From Balanoglossus misakiensis (Eukaryota; Animalia; Hemichordata): 64,000 nt of DNA. The DNA lies in assembly GCA_040954595.2 (NCBI GenBank), contig CM082588.2, positions 7,858,844-7,922,843 of the forward strand, given 5' to 3'. A program made the translations under genes and the position numbers. This document shows positions 10,935 through 25,800 of this stretch, piece after piece. Every line of letters starts with the position of its first letter. Position 1 is the stretch's first letter. The notes beneath the pieces are model-generated. The model was not told the DNA's origin, did no database searches, and saw nothing but the letters and a program-made list of their open reading frames with translations.

Positions 10935-13900
10935 ATGGCGACCGGTGGTGCATTTTTAACTACAGCCGAGAAGGTGAATCATGCTAGACTTTGTCGACTA
11001 CTTATCGACGGTGGATCAAAAGCGGTGAGATGTGTATTTGACAGCAAGATTCCACCTAATGTGCTTGCAAACACCCTTAACAACCATAAGGCGTCGTTAG
11101 TAAGAATACGAATGTCGTATAAAGGACCTAATCCAGGTCAAAAGGTTATCAGTGATGGTCAGTGGGATCTGTTATACCCAACCCCACACAACCTTGTCAA
11201 GTCTGAACATTTCGACATTACATTGCTCATAGTTTTATTACGGAATATCTGTGGCCTTCGACATCCAAGAGATAGAGTATGGACACATCCCTCCCCTGGT
11301 GATCTCCGTGTTGAAGCTGATGTGGCCCGAATAAGAGAGTTCAGGAATAGACTTCAACACATGACGGGCACAGCTGTCCCTGACAGCGAATTTCAATCTT
11401 TCTGGGATGACATTAGTAAAGTATTGGTACGTCTTGGCGCTAAGCAGGGAGATATCGATCAGTTGAAGACTGCGAGTATGGACCTTGCTGAGACAGACAA
11501 ATACGAACAAACTTTAAAGCACTGGGAAGAATCCGACATGGTGCTGGAAAAGTTCCTACATCGTATGGAAGAGAAAATTGGCGATCAAACTCGTCAGCTT
11601 GGTCAGATATCAGAGACACAGAGTGATCATAGCAGTACTTTGGCTGATATCGAACATAACCAACAAGAAACGACTCAACATCTTGGTCAGATATCAGAGA
11701 CACAGAGTGGCCATAGCAGTACTTTGGCTGATATCGAACATAACCAACAAGAAACGACTCAACATCTTGGTCAGATATCAGAGACACAGAGTGACCATAG
11801 CAGTACTTTGGCTGATATCGAACAGAACCAACAAGAAACGACTCAACATCTTGGTCAGATATCAGAGACACAGAGCGGCCATAGCAGTACTTTGGCTGAT
11901 ATCGAACAGAACCAACGGGAGAACCAACAAGAAACGACTCAACATCTTGGTCAGATATCAGAGACACAGAGTGACCATAGCAGTACTTTGGCTGATATCG
12001 AACAGAACCAACGGGAGAACCAACAAGAAACGACTCAACATCTTGGTCAGATATCAGAGACACAGAGCGGCCATAGCAGTACTTTGGCTGATATCGAACA
12101 GAACCAACGGGAGAACCAACAAGAAACGACTCAACATCTTGGTCAGATATCAGAGACACAGAGCGGCCATAGCAGTACTTTGGCTGATATCGAACAGAAC
12201 CAACGGGAGAACCAACAAGAAACGACTCAACATCTTGGTCAGATATCAGAGACACAGAGCGGCCATAGCAGTACTTTGGCTGATATCGAACAGAACCAAC
12301 GGGAGAACCAACAAGAAACGACTCAACATCTTGGTCAGATATCAGAGACACAGAGCGGCCATAGCAGTACTTTGGCTGATATCGAACAGAACCAACAAGA
12401 AACGACTCAACATCTTGGTCAGATATCAGAGACACAGAGTGACCATAGCAGTACTTTGGCTGATATCGAACAGAACCAACAAGAAGCGACTCAACATCTT
12501 GGTCAGATATCAGAGACACTGGTTGACATTAAAGAAGGCCTCAAGACTTCACATACCAGTGAGTCAAGAACGTGTGTTCCAGGTAATAATTAAGATGGAG
12601 AAGTGATATTCATTTCTATGGCTGAAATCTACAATCATACATGCTTAGTTTGAAAAAAAGATTCTGTTGTACGTACACCACCATTAAAATAACTTTTTCT
12701 ATAAATTCTCTCCTTTATCTCAAGATGCTTCCTGTGCTTGGTGCAACTGTACGAGTGATAATCTCAAGAAGTTTATACGCTGTTGTGCAGTGATGTATTG
12801 TGGGAAAGACTGTCAGGAACAACACTGGATGAAAGGTCACAGAGAAGAATGCAAAGGTACAATTGATCATTTTCTGAACTTCACGTGACCCCACGAGATT
12901 TCACGTAGCTAAGCAATTTATATGGGAGGACATTCCCCTGGCACAGGGCAAACAATTAACACTTGTCCCACCATATTCAATGGCACAAACAATTTCCTTT
13001 TTTGTTAAACTCTGCACCTATTCTAATTTCTTAGCTACCAACCCGTTGCTATAGTAATTAACCAAGTCTCAGGAGATTTCTCAATGAGCTGGAAATCATC
13101 ATTGTTAAAGTCTGAACCTATATTCTAGTTACATACCAAGCTAGATAGTATGAAAATATTCACAAACACCTTTTAGTACATGTAAGAACTTATAAATAAG
13201 ATACTGAAAATTTCCATGTTTCACGCATAATGTTTGTATTCTCATGTGCAGAGCTGTCTGTCAAAAAGCTGGGGGTAATCACGACATGACCCTGCCTATG
13301 TGGAACACAATATGTGGTTCATATACTACGGTAGTTGTGGCTCATAATACTTCTAGTATAGCATATGTAACCCCTGACTATATTATACTTAGTACAATGA
13401 TGTTTTACAGCTTGTGAAAATAGTAAAACAAACAGCAATTATCTGCAATACAAAAGTCATACTATCAATATTATAATTGTTTTTCTACAGATACTTCTGC
13501 AGGGTTTGAGTGGCTTAAAGACTATCTCAAAAAATTGTACAGCCATGACTTTGACAAGTTCCAACCTCTGCCATGGAATGAAAACTTCTCCCTTCATTTA
13601 TCTGATGTGTATACCCGACTGAAGATGGTAGAGGTTGATGAAAGGGGTAAGATCAATAAGGACAATAAAGCAAAGAACACTGTAGTTCATGAGAGGGCAA
13701 TATTTGAAGCAGATAGAAGAGGAGTGAGACCACGTAGAATAAGAATTGAAGGACCTCCAGCTATTGGCAAGTCAATGTTTTCTAGAAAGCTGGCCTACAA
13801 CTGGGCTTGTGGCAAATTAGAACAATTTAAATTAGTCTTTCTCTTGGAAATGAGATATATGAGTAAAGAATCAATCATAGAAACCATATTTGATCAATTA

Positions 13901-16345
13901 CTTCCTGATGATGCGGAAATTTCCAGAGATGAGCTTGACAAGGTTCTGAAAAGGAATGCAGATTCTGTGCTGTTCCTCTGTGATGGTTTGGATGAAATGT
14001 GTAAGGATTTCAAGGAAAGTTCCGATATTAGTCGGATTATTGCAAAGAAATTATTGCCAAGATGTACAGTGGCTATCACAACCAGGCCCCATGAATGTGA
14101 CACACAGCTGAAAAACTGTGATTCACATTATCACATACAGGGCTTCACATGGAGTGATTGTTGGGAATATATCAGGAAGTACTTCAAGCATGAGTCTGAG
14201 ACTGGTGAGAATTTGATCGAAAATTTAGAACAAAACCTCCAGTTTGCATGGTTGGATGATTTCCTTAGTAATCCCTTACATGTTTCATTTCTTTGTGTAT
14301 TGTGGGAGGATCATCAAGATGGTGACCATTTCCCAACTAGAGTGACAGAGTTGTATTTTGAAGTATTGCAGTGTATTTTGAAGAGGTATTGTTGCAAGAC
14401 TGGAGTCAGTCTTGATGAACAAGGAGAAGTACCCGTTGATATCATGGCTGATGTAAATAAACTGGCTGCCATTGCTTATAATTATCTGAAACAGAGAAAA
14501 ATACTCATAAATGAGGTAGATGTGATGCCAACATGGCTCTTGTCACTAGGGTTACTTGTGCGTGATTGCGGTGTATCTCGCACAAAACCAAAGAAAGTTT
14601 GTTTCTTCTGTCACAAAACTTGGCTGGAATATTTTGCTGCTTTACATATTGCTGAATGTGTGAAGGATACTGCTTCCTTTGATGAGTTTCAATTTCTATC
14701 TGACGACATTGAACACAATTTCCCAGTCTTTGTATTTCTGACTGGGACTCTGAAGGAGAAAGCTGGTCCAGTATTTAAGGAAGTTGGGATGGAGACGTGC
14801 AAGTCTGCAGGTGATGTTGGCCTTGAGTTTAGAATGTACTACTATATAGATTTCTTACATGAAAGTGTCAATTATCATGCATTTTTGAAATTCATAGAAC
14901 CCATCCTTTATCAATTAACGCGTTTCAATTGTAATACTTTATTTTATCTTAGAGAAAGACATTCTATGGTTGTCAATTCTTTGTCTTCACCATCACCATC
15001 ACCATATATTCTAAGTGACGATGTGAATTTTCATACATTGTATTATGGAGATAGTTACTTGATGATAATCATTGATATGCTGAAGTATAAACACTCACAT
15101 GAAAGTAGACCCAAATTTAATAAAAATCTCCAGTTAGATATAAACGAAATGCAATCATCAGAGATTTCCTATTTAGTAGAGGCACTGGAGAAGAATCTCA
15201 TTTCTCTTGAATGGCTTGTGTTGATTGTGACTCTATCCAGTGGCAAGGATCTGCTTCAGTTGGCAAAAGCTATCAGAGAAACCAATGCGGTACAAAACAT
15301 TCATATCGTTGTATTAAGTGATGATAGGGATAATGTTATTGACAGCACTCCCAATGAGAAATGTAAGCAAGGCACCTCAACTAAAGACACAGATTTGACA
15401 TCACGCACTTTAAGAAACCTTATCGAAAATGCTGTGAAAAATGAGCATATTGATTGTTTGTCATTGCATACATTTGACTGGTCTGACCATCAACGGGAGA
15501 ATATTGATAACATTGTTCCATATAAGTCATTGAAACAGGCCAGGCACTTTCATAATTTTGTGGAAACCAGAACAGGTGTAAATAGCGTATTATTGAAAGT
15601 TGCTGATATGCTTGAACACTGTCAATCTACCAAGGTTTGTCATTTTGTACTTTCTGATAGTGTCAGATATTCTGCCATTGAGGGCTGTACTGCAAGAGCT
15701 TTGTTAAAAGCTGTTCAAAATATCAGCAAAACAATTAATTCTCTTAGCTTGCTTGTCACATCAAAACCTGTATCTAGTATACTTGATATAGTTCTATCTG
15801 GATCATTGCCAATATATCATGTTGTGAATGAGATTGTAAACATTTTGATATCTAACACCACATTAGAGGATCTTAAGTTATTTATAGAGAATGAAAATGT
15901 TGATGCTGTATCGAAGTTTATTCAATGTAATAAGTATGTCAAGTCACTGTCCTTTGCTCTGTATCAGCCCAGATTGAGCACAGACCATTTATGTTCAGCT
16001 CTCTGTGCTGCTTTGAGTTCCAATACAACTCTGGAAAGCTTTGCGCTGGAGTTTTGTTATGAGTTTCATAGAGTTCATAGTAACCCTGAACTTTCCACTG
16101 AGCATAAGTATATTAGTCAATTGATTTTACCAACACATAGTCGATTGTGTGGTGGAAAAACTGCATTGAAGACAATTTCATTTACTTTTCCATCATTTAG
16201 TCCGGAACGCAGGGATGATATTGTCAATGTCATGACCGAGTATTTTAAAGGAAATGTTTCAGGGTCATACCAATACACTGTGAAGAGGACGGTCGTGTAT
16301 GACGTGTATATTCACATTCTTAAAGTATCGATCAGTGGACCCTAG
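10935..16345 (+). CDS. HEPN-coiled coil-MYND-NACHT-LRR-like NLR, copy 2; join(10935..12582,12725..12856,13491..16345), 1544 aa
   Basis: Same splice sites, phases and motifs as copy 1; exon lengths sum to a multiple of 3. Confidence 0.85.
11598..12497 (+). repeat. Coding minisatellite, 10 units (S-S-S-L-L-L-L-L-S-S)
   Basis: 300 aa longer than repeat-free copy 3, which equals 5x32 + 5x28. Confidence 0.95.
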
Positions 16346-17893
16346 AGAATGCTGAATGCCACATTTGCATAAGATGCATTCTGCTATATAGGGGAAAAAA
16401 TAATTTTTTTTACATACACTTAATTTAAGGTACAGATCGATATAAAATATAACAGGTAACAGACTATACTATAGACATCAATGCTTGCACAGTTAGACAA
16501 ACTGTCAAGGGATTTTCAACATACTGTATCCAGATGGAAATATAACCAATTTACTAAGGACACAAAGTGAACAAATAAACAAAATTTGATTTGTTAACTT
16601 TATAACAGTACTAGAATGAAATATTTACCACAAATTGCTTTTCTTGATCCAAACTATGACAATTTCAAAAGGCTTATGAGTTCCACAGATTTACGGGTAT
16701 TATTGAATATTTGCAAGTATGTTTATAAAGCTATGGCTGTGAGAAGAACAGCCACTTATAGGATGAATAATATTGTTTAACTTTCTTTGTATTTGTGTAG
16801 TCAGCATTCACTTTGAATTTGTGTGATGTATTACTTTATTTGAGAACTGGATGTTCTCCTTGCATTTGGACCTGAGGTCTTCAAACGCAATAAGTTACTA
16901 TTATTATTACTAAGGACACAATTTGTATGTAAGGAAATATGCGGAGAGTAGCAGAATATTTATTTAAACCAAGTGACACACTTTTGTAAGACACATTCCT
17001 GTATAGATTCAATTTACCGGTAGTTCTGTTTCTTACCTCTGTGCAAAAATGCCAATGTTTTCTGGAAACTGTACGAAACTTATCAAGTTTAGAGATGGCA
17101 CAACAAGAGTTGATATTTCTTAATTCATTGTTATACATTTTTTTCTTTGCTTTATTTTTTTATTGAAATGTTTTGTCTTAATTTTTATAGAACCTGTAAA
17201 TAAGACTTGTTCCAGTTGGTCTTCCTTGAAATAAATAAAAAAAGTCTGAGAAGAAACCAATCCTGCAAAATCTGTTTTCTTTATTTTAATTAAAACAGGA
17301 TGAATGAAGAGATTGAAAGATTGTATTATGTAAAGCGAGGGGAACTTATTGTTAAACGAATCTAAAAGTGTGACTCTAGTGCAACTAATGCAAAATATAT
17401 TTAAGGGACAAAGTCTCTCTCTCGCTACCCCTTTTCTATTAATTATGTTTGCTACAGGACATCGTTTATGTTATTCTACTGGTACATGTGGATATATAGT
17501 GCATCAACGTTCGACCACACACAACTTTCATCCAACTTATAGACACGAGAGTGAAAAACTCACCAAAATAAATAACTGCTGGATGGAATTTTGGCGGCAA
17601 AATCCAAATTGTGATTAGACAGATTTAGTGTGCCAGATCTTTACTCCTTTGTGTCAATTTGGCAAAGATATTTATGATACTGATGTCACCTGGCAGTTGT
17701 ATACTTTACATATTTACAAACAAATTACACTGAGATTCATCATGATCTTTAAATAAACAGCATATTGTGGAACAGCTGCTAAGTCATCCGGAGTTGCATG
17801 TTTCTGGAATCAAAAGTGTAGTGTCCTGAAAATATGAATTAATGATGAGAATTACACAAGCATGCAACATATACATGTACGTGTATGTTCTTA

Positions 17894-18571
17894 GGGACCG
17901 TTCAGTTTTTACGGCTGGGGGGGGGGGGGCGGCAAGTTTGTGTCATCGGTTTTCAAAATCAGGCCGACCCCCCCTTCACCCAGCACCAAAAAATGATGAC
18001 CCCCCCCCCCCCCCATTTGACAGACCCAAAAATATGATGACCCCCCAAAGTTGCATTTTAATGAACTCACAAGCAAATTAACTCAATGTTAGGCAGGACA
18101 AATTTAAATTTTGCCACTCCACTCAAAGTGAGAAGATTTGGTGTCATCTTCGTCATGACATCATTTTTAAAACTTCTAGTATATATAAGATCCAGCGCGA
18201 AACTATCAGTTATGCAAAATGGTTTAAACAATTATTCTCCTTTATGTATTCACTTTATTAAATATTATCATCGGTGGGGGTTGGGGTGGCAAGTACTCTG
18301 CCCTGGTACACTAGACAAACCAGCAAAAAATGAAATGTGGCGGAGAATGAAGGGGGTGGGTGTGAAAATTTTGTAAAATAAAGGGCGCGAAACTGCAATT
18401 TTGTGGACTCAAAAGCAAAAGTTCGGTGGCAAAAGTATGTGACCCCCCCTAAACGTTTAAAAAAAACAGATGACCCCCCCCCCCCTTTTGGACTTCAAAA
18501 TTTAAGTGACACCCCCCCCCCCCCTCCCGGATTTTGCCGGGCCCCCCCGGCCGTAAAAACTGAACGGTCCC
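17894..18571. mobile_element. PIF/Harbinger-like MITE (TTA TSD)
   Basis: TTA|GGGACCGTTCAGTTTTTACGGC...GCCGTAAAAACTGAACGGTCCC|TTA, with poly-C/G subterminal tracts. Confidence 0.8.
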
Positions 18572-19043
18572 TTACATACATGCGTACATATACATACATA
18601 CATGTGTTGTCTTCATTGTTTCGGTAATTATTAGGCCTACAGTTATAAATATTTACATTTTTGATGCATTTCGAGTCATTTTATTTTATCCAAGGAATTA
18701 AAAAACTAAATACAGGACATTGTGGAAAGTCGGTGGAATGTTTCAAGAGGCTACCAATTCGTATATGGTGAACATTGCATGCAAATATACTCCTATACGC
18801 CAAAGTAAAGTTCACCTGTATTTTCCTATTTTCCCAACGGTTCCAGATCAGTATTGTTTTTAGAGTTGACAGACGTTCTTAAAACAAGGATAGGCACAGA
18901 CAGTCAGAATGTCTGTGGATTGGCAGAGTGGTATTATGCACAGAATTGTGATTTGATGAGAAAGGTTTGCATGGGTTCAAATCCCGTAAAATATGCTTTT
19001 TTCTACCTGACGACTTCATTTGTACATCATCATAAATTCTTAA

Positions 19044-19385
19044 AGGGACAAAGTTTCTCCCTGCCCCTTTTCCATTAATTATGTTTGATACAAGACAATG
19101 TTTATGTCACTCTATATGTGGATATATAGTGAATCAACGTTCGACTACACACAAATTCCATCCAACTTGTAGACACAAGAGTGAAAAAATCACCAAAATG
19201 AATAATCAGTGTTTACCATTTATCCATTTTGGCGGGATTTTTACTCTCATATCTTACAGACGGGATGGAAGTTGTGCGTCGTTGAATGTGTATTCTCTTA
19301 TATCCACATGTAAAATAATCTGCACGGTGTCTTGTATCAAACATAATTAATGGAAATAGGCCTGCGAGAGAGAGACTTTGTCCCT
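19044..19385. mobile_element. Kolobok-like MITE (TTAA TSD), family B
   Basis: TTAA|AGGGACAAAGT...ACTTTGTCCCT|TTAA. Related full or partial copies at ~17403, 26613, 31964, ~33132, 43808, 50433 and ~51601. Confidence 0.7.
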
Positions 19386-21537
19386 TTAATGATAATGCAA
19401 TATTTTAAAGAGAGAGCTATGCTCACCAACAAACATATCTCACCCACCGATTGGGGAAATGTGCTGTTCCTCCGGGAGTGGCACTGCAACAAATGTCGCC
19501 GTCAGAACTAACTGTAAGTGTAAAGAATGATGTGGTCGAGTTGCAATCCGTCTTGTACAAGCAAGACAAATGGCCTCTGAATGATTTTCAGAAAATTAAC
19601 AACTCTAAATCTGTGATTTGACATTTTAATCCCACCTTGCTTTAATAAGAGGGATGTCCTTAGAATGGAATTGATGTCACATGGCAAACTATCAAGCTTC
19701 CATTCTTATGACACTAAACGTCGTCTAATTGCGAGATGTTTTTTTTTGAGGATGGCAGTCGACCGAGCATCGATAGTTTTTGAAAAGTGTATGCAGACCA
19801 GTGTGAAATATGTGAGGGCTCAGGTGACATCTATGAAGTATACTCCTTTCACGTAGACCGAGGACTTGGGCTGAACCACACCCTCTATTCCATCGTTCGA
19901 CATTCCAGTGATGAGAAGAAAGTGGAAACAAGATAGTTTGGTGGGAGATCAATATTCTCCATCCCTGAAACATTCAGTCCATACCGGTACAAACCTCGAT
20001 GTTACTTACCGGTAATATACTACCAATTAAAGGGTGCTCGCTTCTCGGCGTTTTGCCATGGAGAATATGGACGAAAAAATAAAAAAATCCCCATAGACGA
20101 ATCTGTAGCCTCTTGAGAAATTACACTGGCTGTCCACCATGTCCCACCATTGCGTTTTTAATTCCATGCCAGTGATGGATAAAAAAAAAATGCATCGTAA
20201 ATGCAAAGATTTATAACAGTCGGCCTAATACTTACCAAAGCGATGAAGATATAAACACAAATCTTTTAACTTGGCCTGAAAAGAAAAAGGATGCCCGCGT
20301 TCACAATTTGGGATTCAAACAATAGTTTTGTGAAATACCGTTAAATTGTATTAACTCCCACCACCGTGGAACGAACTCAAGTGTCCAACTCCTTTACTGT
20401 ACAACGAACTAACTTTAGGAGCTGAAAGCCACTCCTTTATACAAATTAACATACTCATGCTTTGATGTACTGAAGTAACACCCGTGCAAACCAGAATACA
20501 ATTAAAAAGCATTTCACAAAACTATTATTTGAATCCCATGTTGTGAACGCAGGTAGACATGTCAAATACACGTTCGCCGATGGACAAGTCGGATATAAAT
20601 TAGTCTACGTCATGTGGGTAACTACATTTCCAAAGTGTGAACTCGCCCGCATGGTCTGCTAAAGTTCACACGCTCACAACATTTGGTGTGTGACATACCA
20701 GTACGTATATATATGTACCGGTATACTTGTGTAATTCTCATCATTAATTCATATTTTCAGGACACTACACTTTTGATTCCAGAAACATGCAACTCTTAGC
20801 AGCTGTTCCAAAATATGCTGTTTATATAAAGATCATGATGAATCTCAGCGTAATTTGTTTGTAAATATGTAAAGTATACAACTGCCAGGTGACATCAGTA
20901 TCATAAATATCTTTGCCAAATTGACCTAAAAACGAGTAAAGATCTGGCACAGTGAATGTTTCTAATCACAATATGTGATTTTGCGGCCAAACGATATACC
21001 TATTATAAATTGACATTATGTTACAGAGATTACTAGTAATCTTTCTGTTGGTTGTGTTAGAGAAACACTTTTACATTCGTTTAACAATAAGTTCCCCTCG
21101 CTATAGATAAAACAACCTTTCAATCTTTTCATTCATTCTGTTTTAATTAAAATAAAGAAAACAGATTTTTCAGAATTGGTGTCTGCTCAGACTTAGTTTA
21201 TTCAAGAAAGACCGACTGGAATAAGTCTCATTTACAGGTTCTATAGAAAAAGAAAATTAAAAAAAAAACATTTCAATATAAAACAATGAAGTTAAACAAT
21301 AATTATAAATAAGCAAATGCATAATAATGAGTTAATAAATATCAACTCTTGTTGTGCCATCTCCAAACTTGATAAGTCTCATACAATTTCCAGCAAATTT
21401 TGGCATTTTTGCACAGAGGTAAGAAACAGAACTAAATTGAATCTGTACAGGAATGTGTCTTACAAAAGTGTGTCACTTGGTTTAAATAATAATTCTGCTA
21501 CTCTCTGCATATTTCCTTACATACAAATTGTGTCCTT

Positions 21538-22455
21538 AGTAATAATAATAATAGTAATTTATTGCGTTTCAAGACCTCGGGTCCAAATGCAAGGAGAACA
21601 TCCAGTTCTCAAATAAAGTAATACATCACACATATACAAATTGAATGCTGACTTCACAAATACAAAGAAAGTTGAACAATATTATACACTCTATGAGTGG
21701 CAAGTGGCTGCTCTTCTCACAGCCAGTAATAATTATAGTAATTTATTGCGTTACAAGACCTCAGGTCCAAATGCAAAGAGAACATCCAGTTCTCAAATAA
21801 AGTAATACATCACACAAATACAAAGTGAATGCTGACTACACAAATACAAAGAAAGTTGAACAATATTATACACTCTATGAGTGGCAAGTGGCTGCTCTTC
21901 TCACAGCCAGTAATAATAATAGTAATTTATTGCGTTTGAAGACCTCAGGTCCAAATGCAAGGAGAACATCCAGTTCTCAAATAAAGTAATACATCACACA
22001 AATACAAAGTGAATGCTGACTACACAAATACAAAGAAAGTTGAACAATATTATACACTCTATGAGTGGCAAGTGGCTGCTCTTCTCACAGCCAGTAATAA
22101 TAATAGTAATTTATTGCATTTCAAGACCTCAGGTCCAAATGCAAGGAGAACATCCAGTTTTCAAATAAAGTAATACATTACACAAATACAAAGTGAATGC
22201 TGACTACACAAATACAAAGAAAGTTGAACAATATTATACACTCTATGAGTGGCAAGTGGCTGATCTTTTCACAGCCAGTAATAATAATAGTAATTTATTG
22301 CGTTACAAGACCTCAGGTCCAAATGCAAGGAGAACATCCAGTTCTCAAATAAAGTAATACATCACACAAATACAAAGTGAATGCTGACAACACAAATACA
22401 AAGAAAGTTGAACAATATTATTCATCCTATAAGTGGCTGTTCTTCTCACAGCCAT
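21538..22455 (-). repeat. 184-bp tandem repeat (~5 units), putative 3' UTR of copy 3
   Basis: Reverse complement of the unit at 8145-8617, repeated about five times. Confidence 0.9.
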
Positions 22456-22868
22456 AGCTTTATAAACATACTTGCAAATATTCAATAATACCCGTAAATC
22501 TGTGGAACTCGTAAGCCTTTTGAATTTGTCATAGTTTGGGGTCAAGAAAAACACTTCGAGGTAGATATTTGATTCTAGTACTGTTATAAAGTGAACAAAT
22601 CAATGTCTGTTTATTTGTTCACTTTATGTGCCCTTAGTAAATTGATTATATTTCCATCTGGATACAGTATATTGAAAATCCCTTGACAGTTTGTCTAACT
22701 GTGCAAGCATTGATGTTTGTAGTATAGTCTGTTACCTGGTATATTTTATATCTGTACCTTAATGTAAGTGTACCGGGGTGTAAAAAAATATTTAAAGTTT
22801 ACAATTTTTCATGGAGTTTCCCCTATATAGCAGAATGCATCTTATGCAAATGTGGCATTCAGCATTCT

Positions 22869-25800
22869 CTAGGGTTCACTGATCAATATTTTAAGAATGT
22901 GAATACACGTTTGACGACTGTAGCTAACTAGCCTGTTCACAGTGTATTGGTATGACCCTGAAACATTTCCTTTAAAATACTCGGTCATGACATTGACAAT
23001 ATCAACCCTGCCTTCTGGACTTGATGATGGAAATGTTAATGAAATACTCTTCAATGGGGTTATTCCACCACACAATAACCTATGTATTGGTAAAATCACT
23101 TGACTAATATACCTGTGCTCAGTGGAAAATTGAGGGTTTCTATAAGTTGTATTTGACGCACCACATAAATGCAGCGCAAAGCTTTCCAGAGTCGTATTGG
23201 AACTCAAAGCAGCACAGAGAGCTGAACATAAAAGGTATATTCTCATTCTGGTCTGATACAGAGCAAAGGAAAGTGACTTGACATACCTATTACATTGAAT
23301 AAACTTCGATACAGCATCAACATTGTCATTCTCTATAAATAACTTAAGATCATCTAATGTGGTGTTAGACATCAAAATAGGTAAAATCTCATTCACAACA
23401 TGAGATATTGGCAATGATCCAGGTGGAACTACATAAGGTAAATTTACATATTCTGATGTGACAATCAATCTAAGAGATTTTATTGTTTTGCTGATATTTT
23501 GAATGGCTTTTAACAAAGCTCTTGCAGTACTGCCCTCAATGGCAGAATATCTGACCCTATCAAAAAGTACCACATGACAAACCTTGGTAGATTGACAGTG
23601 TTCAAGCATATCAGCAACTTTCAATAATGCACTATTTAAACCTGTTTCGGTTTCCACAAAATTATGAAAGTGCCTGGCCTGTTTCAATGACTTATATGGA
23701 ACAATGTTATCAATATTCTCCCATTGATGGTCAGACACGTGTACTGTATGCAATGACAAACAATCAATATGCTTATTTTTCACAGCATTATCGATAAGGT
23801 TTCCTAAAGTGTGTGATGTCAAATCTGTGTCTTTAGTTGAGGTGCCTTGCTTACATTTCTCATTGGGAGTGCTGTCAATAACATTATCCCTATCATCTAC
23901 AATGATATGAATGTTTTGTACCGCTTTGGTTTCTCTGATAGCTTTTGCCAACTGAAGCAGATTCTTGCCACTGGACGGAGTCACATTCAATGCAAGGCAT
24001 TCAAGACAAATAAGATTCTTCTCCAGTGCCTCTACCAAATAGGAAATCGATGATGATTGCATGTTGATATCTATCTGAAGATATTTATCAAATTTGGGTC
24101 TACTTTCACCTGAGTGTATACCGGTATACTGGTACTTCAGCATATCAATGATTATCATAAAGCCAATGTCTGAACAGTGCAATAAATTGCATGTACGAAA
24201 GTTCATATCGTCCCCTACAATATATTGTGATGGTGAAGACAAAGAATTGATAACTATAGGGGATACTGCTTTATGGTAAGGCTGAAAGGTATGATAACAT
24301 TTGAAAAACCTTATTTGATCAAGAATGGGTTCAAAAAATGTGAAAAATGCTTGATAACTAATAATTTCACGTAAGAAATATATAGCTTTGTTTATTCTTG
24401 TGTCAATGTAATCATTATCTGCAAACTTGCACATCGCCATCCCAATCCCCTTAAATACTGGACCAGCTTTCTCCTTCAGAGTGCCAATCAGAAATACAAA
24501 GACTTGGTCATTGTTGCCATCATAATTGTTACTATATAGAAATTGAAACTCATCAAAGGAAGCAGTATCCTTCACACATTCAGCAATATGTAAAGCAGCA
24601 AAATATTCCAGCCAAGTTTTGTGACAGAAGAAACAAACTTTCTTTGGTTTTGTGCGAGATACACCGCAATTACGCACAAGTAACCCTAGTGACAAGAGCC
24701 ATGTAGGCATCACATCTACCTCATTTATGAGTATTTTTCCCAGTTTCAGATAATTATAAGCAATGGCAGCCAGTTTATTTACACCAGCCATGATATCAAC
24801 GGGTACTTCTCCCTGTTCATCAAGACTGACTCCAGTCTTGGAACAATACCTCTTCAAAATACACTGCAATACTTCAAAATACAACTCTGTCACTCTAGTT
24901 GGGAAATGGTCACCATCTTGATGATCCTCCCACAATACACAGAGAAATGAAACATGTAAGGGATTACTAAGGAAATCATCCAACCATGCAAACTGGAGGT
25001 TTTGTTCTAAATTTGTGATCAAATTCTCACCAGTCTCAGACTCATGCTTGAAGTACTTCCTGATATATTCCCTACTATCACTCTTTGTGAAGCCCTGTAT
25101 GTGATAATGTGAATCACAGTTTTTCAGCTGTGTGTCACATTCATGGGGCCTGGTTGTGATAGCTACTGTACATCTTGGCAATAATTTCTTTGCAATAATC
25201 CGACTAATATCGGAACTTTCCTTGAAATCCTTACACATTTCATCCAAACCATCACAGAGGAACAGCACAGAATCTGCATTCCTTTTCAGAACCTTGTCAA
25301 GCTCATCTCTGGAAATTTCTGCATCATCAGGAAGTAATTGATCAAATATGGTTTCTATGATTGATTCTTGACTCATATATCTCATTTCCAACAGAAAGAC
25401 TAATTTAAATTGCTCTAATTTTCCACAAGCCCAGTTGTAGGCCAGCTTTCTACTAAACATTGACTTGCCAATAGCTGGAGGTCCTTCAATTCTTATTCTA
25501 CGTGGTCTCACTCCTTTTCTATCTGCTTCAAATATTGCACTCTCATGAACAACAGTGTCATTTTCTTCATTGTCATCAATGATCTTACCCCTTTCATCAA
25601 CCTCTACCATCTTCAGTCGGGTATACACATCAGATAAATGGAGTGAGAAGTTTTCATTCCATGGCAACGGTTGGAACTTGTCAAAGTCATGGCTGTACAA
25701 TCCTTTGAGATGGTCTTTAAGCCACTCAAACCCTGCAGAAGTATCTGTAAGAAAAAAACAATGAAATATTGATAGTATGACTTTTGTATTGCAGATAGTT

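Noticed and set aside
11598-12497. CRISPR-like appearance of regularly spaced repeats
   Set aside because: No unique spacers, units are contiguous and in frame, no cas genes, and the context is eukaryotic with introns.
11440-12606. Long alternative-frame and antisense ORFs over the coding repeat (also 3374-4021, 42472-43485, 61230-62336)
   Set aside because: A stop-free unit whose length is a multiple of 3 is open for its whole array. These ORFs end soon after leaving the repeat and mostly use non-ATG starts.
19400-20720. Unique spacer between the inverted arms as a possible gene or RNA
   Set aside because: No consistent exon chain, structured-RNA signature or clear TIR pair could be supported by eye.
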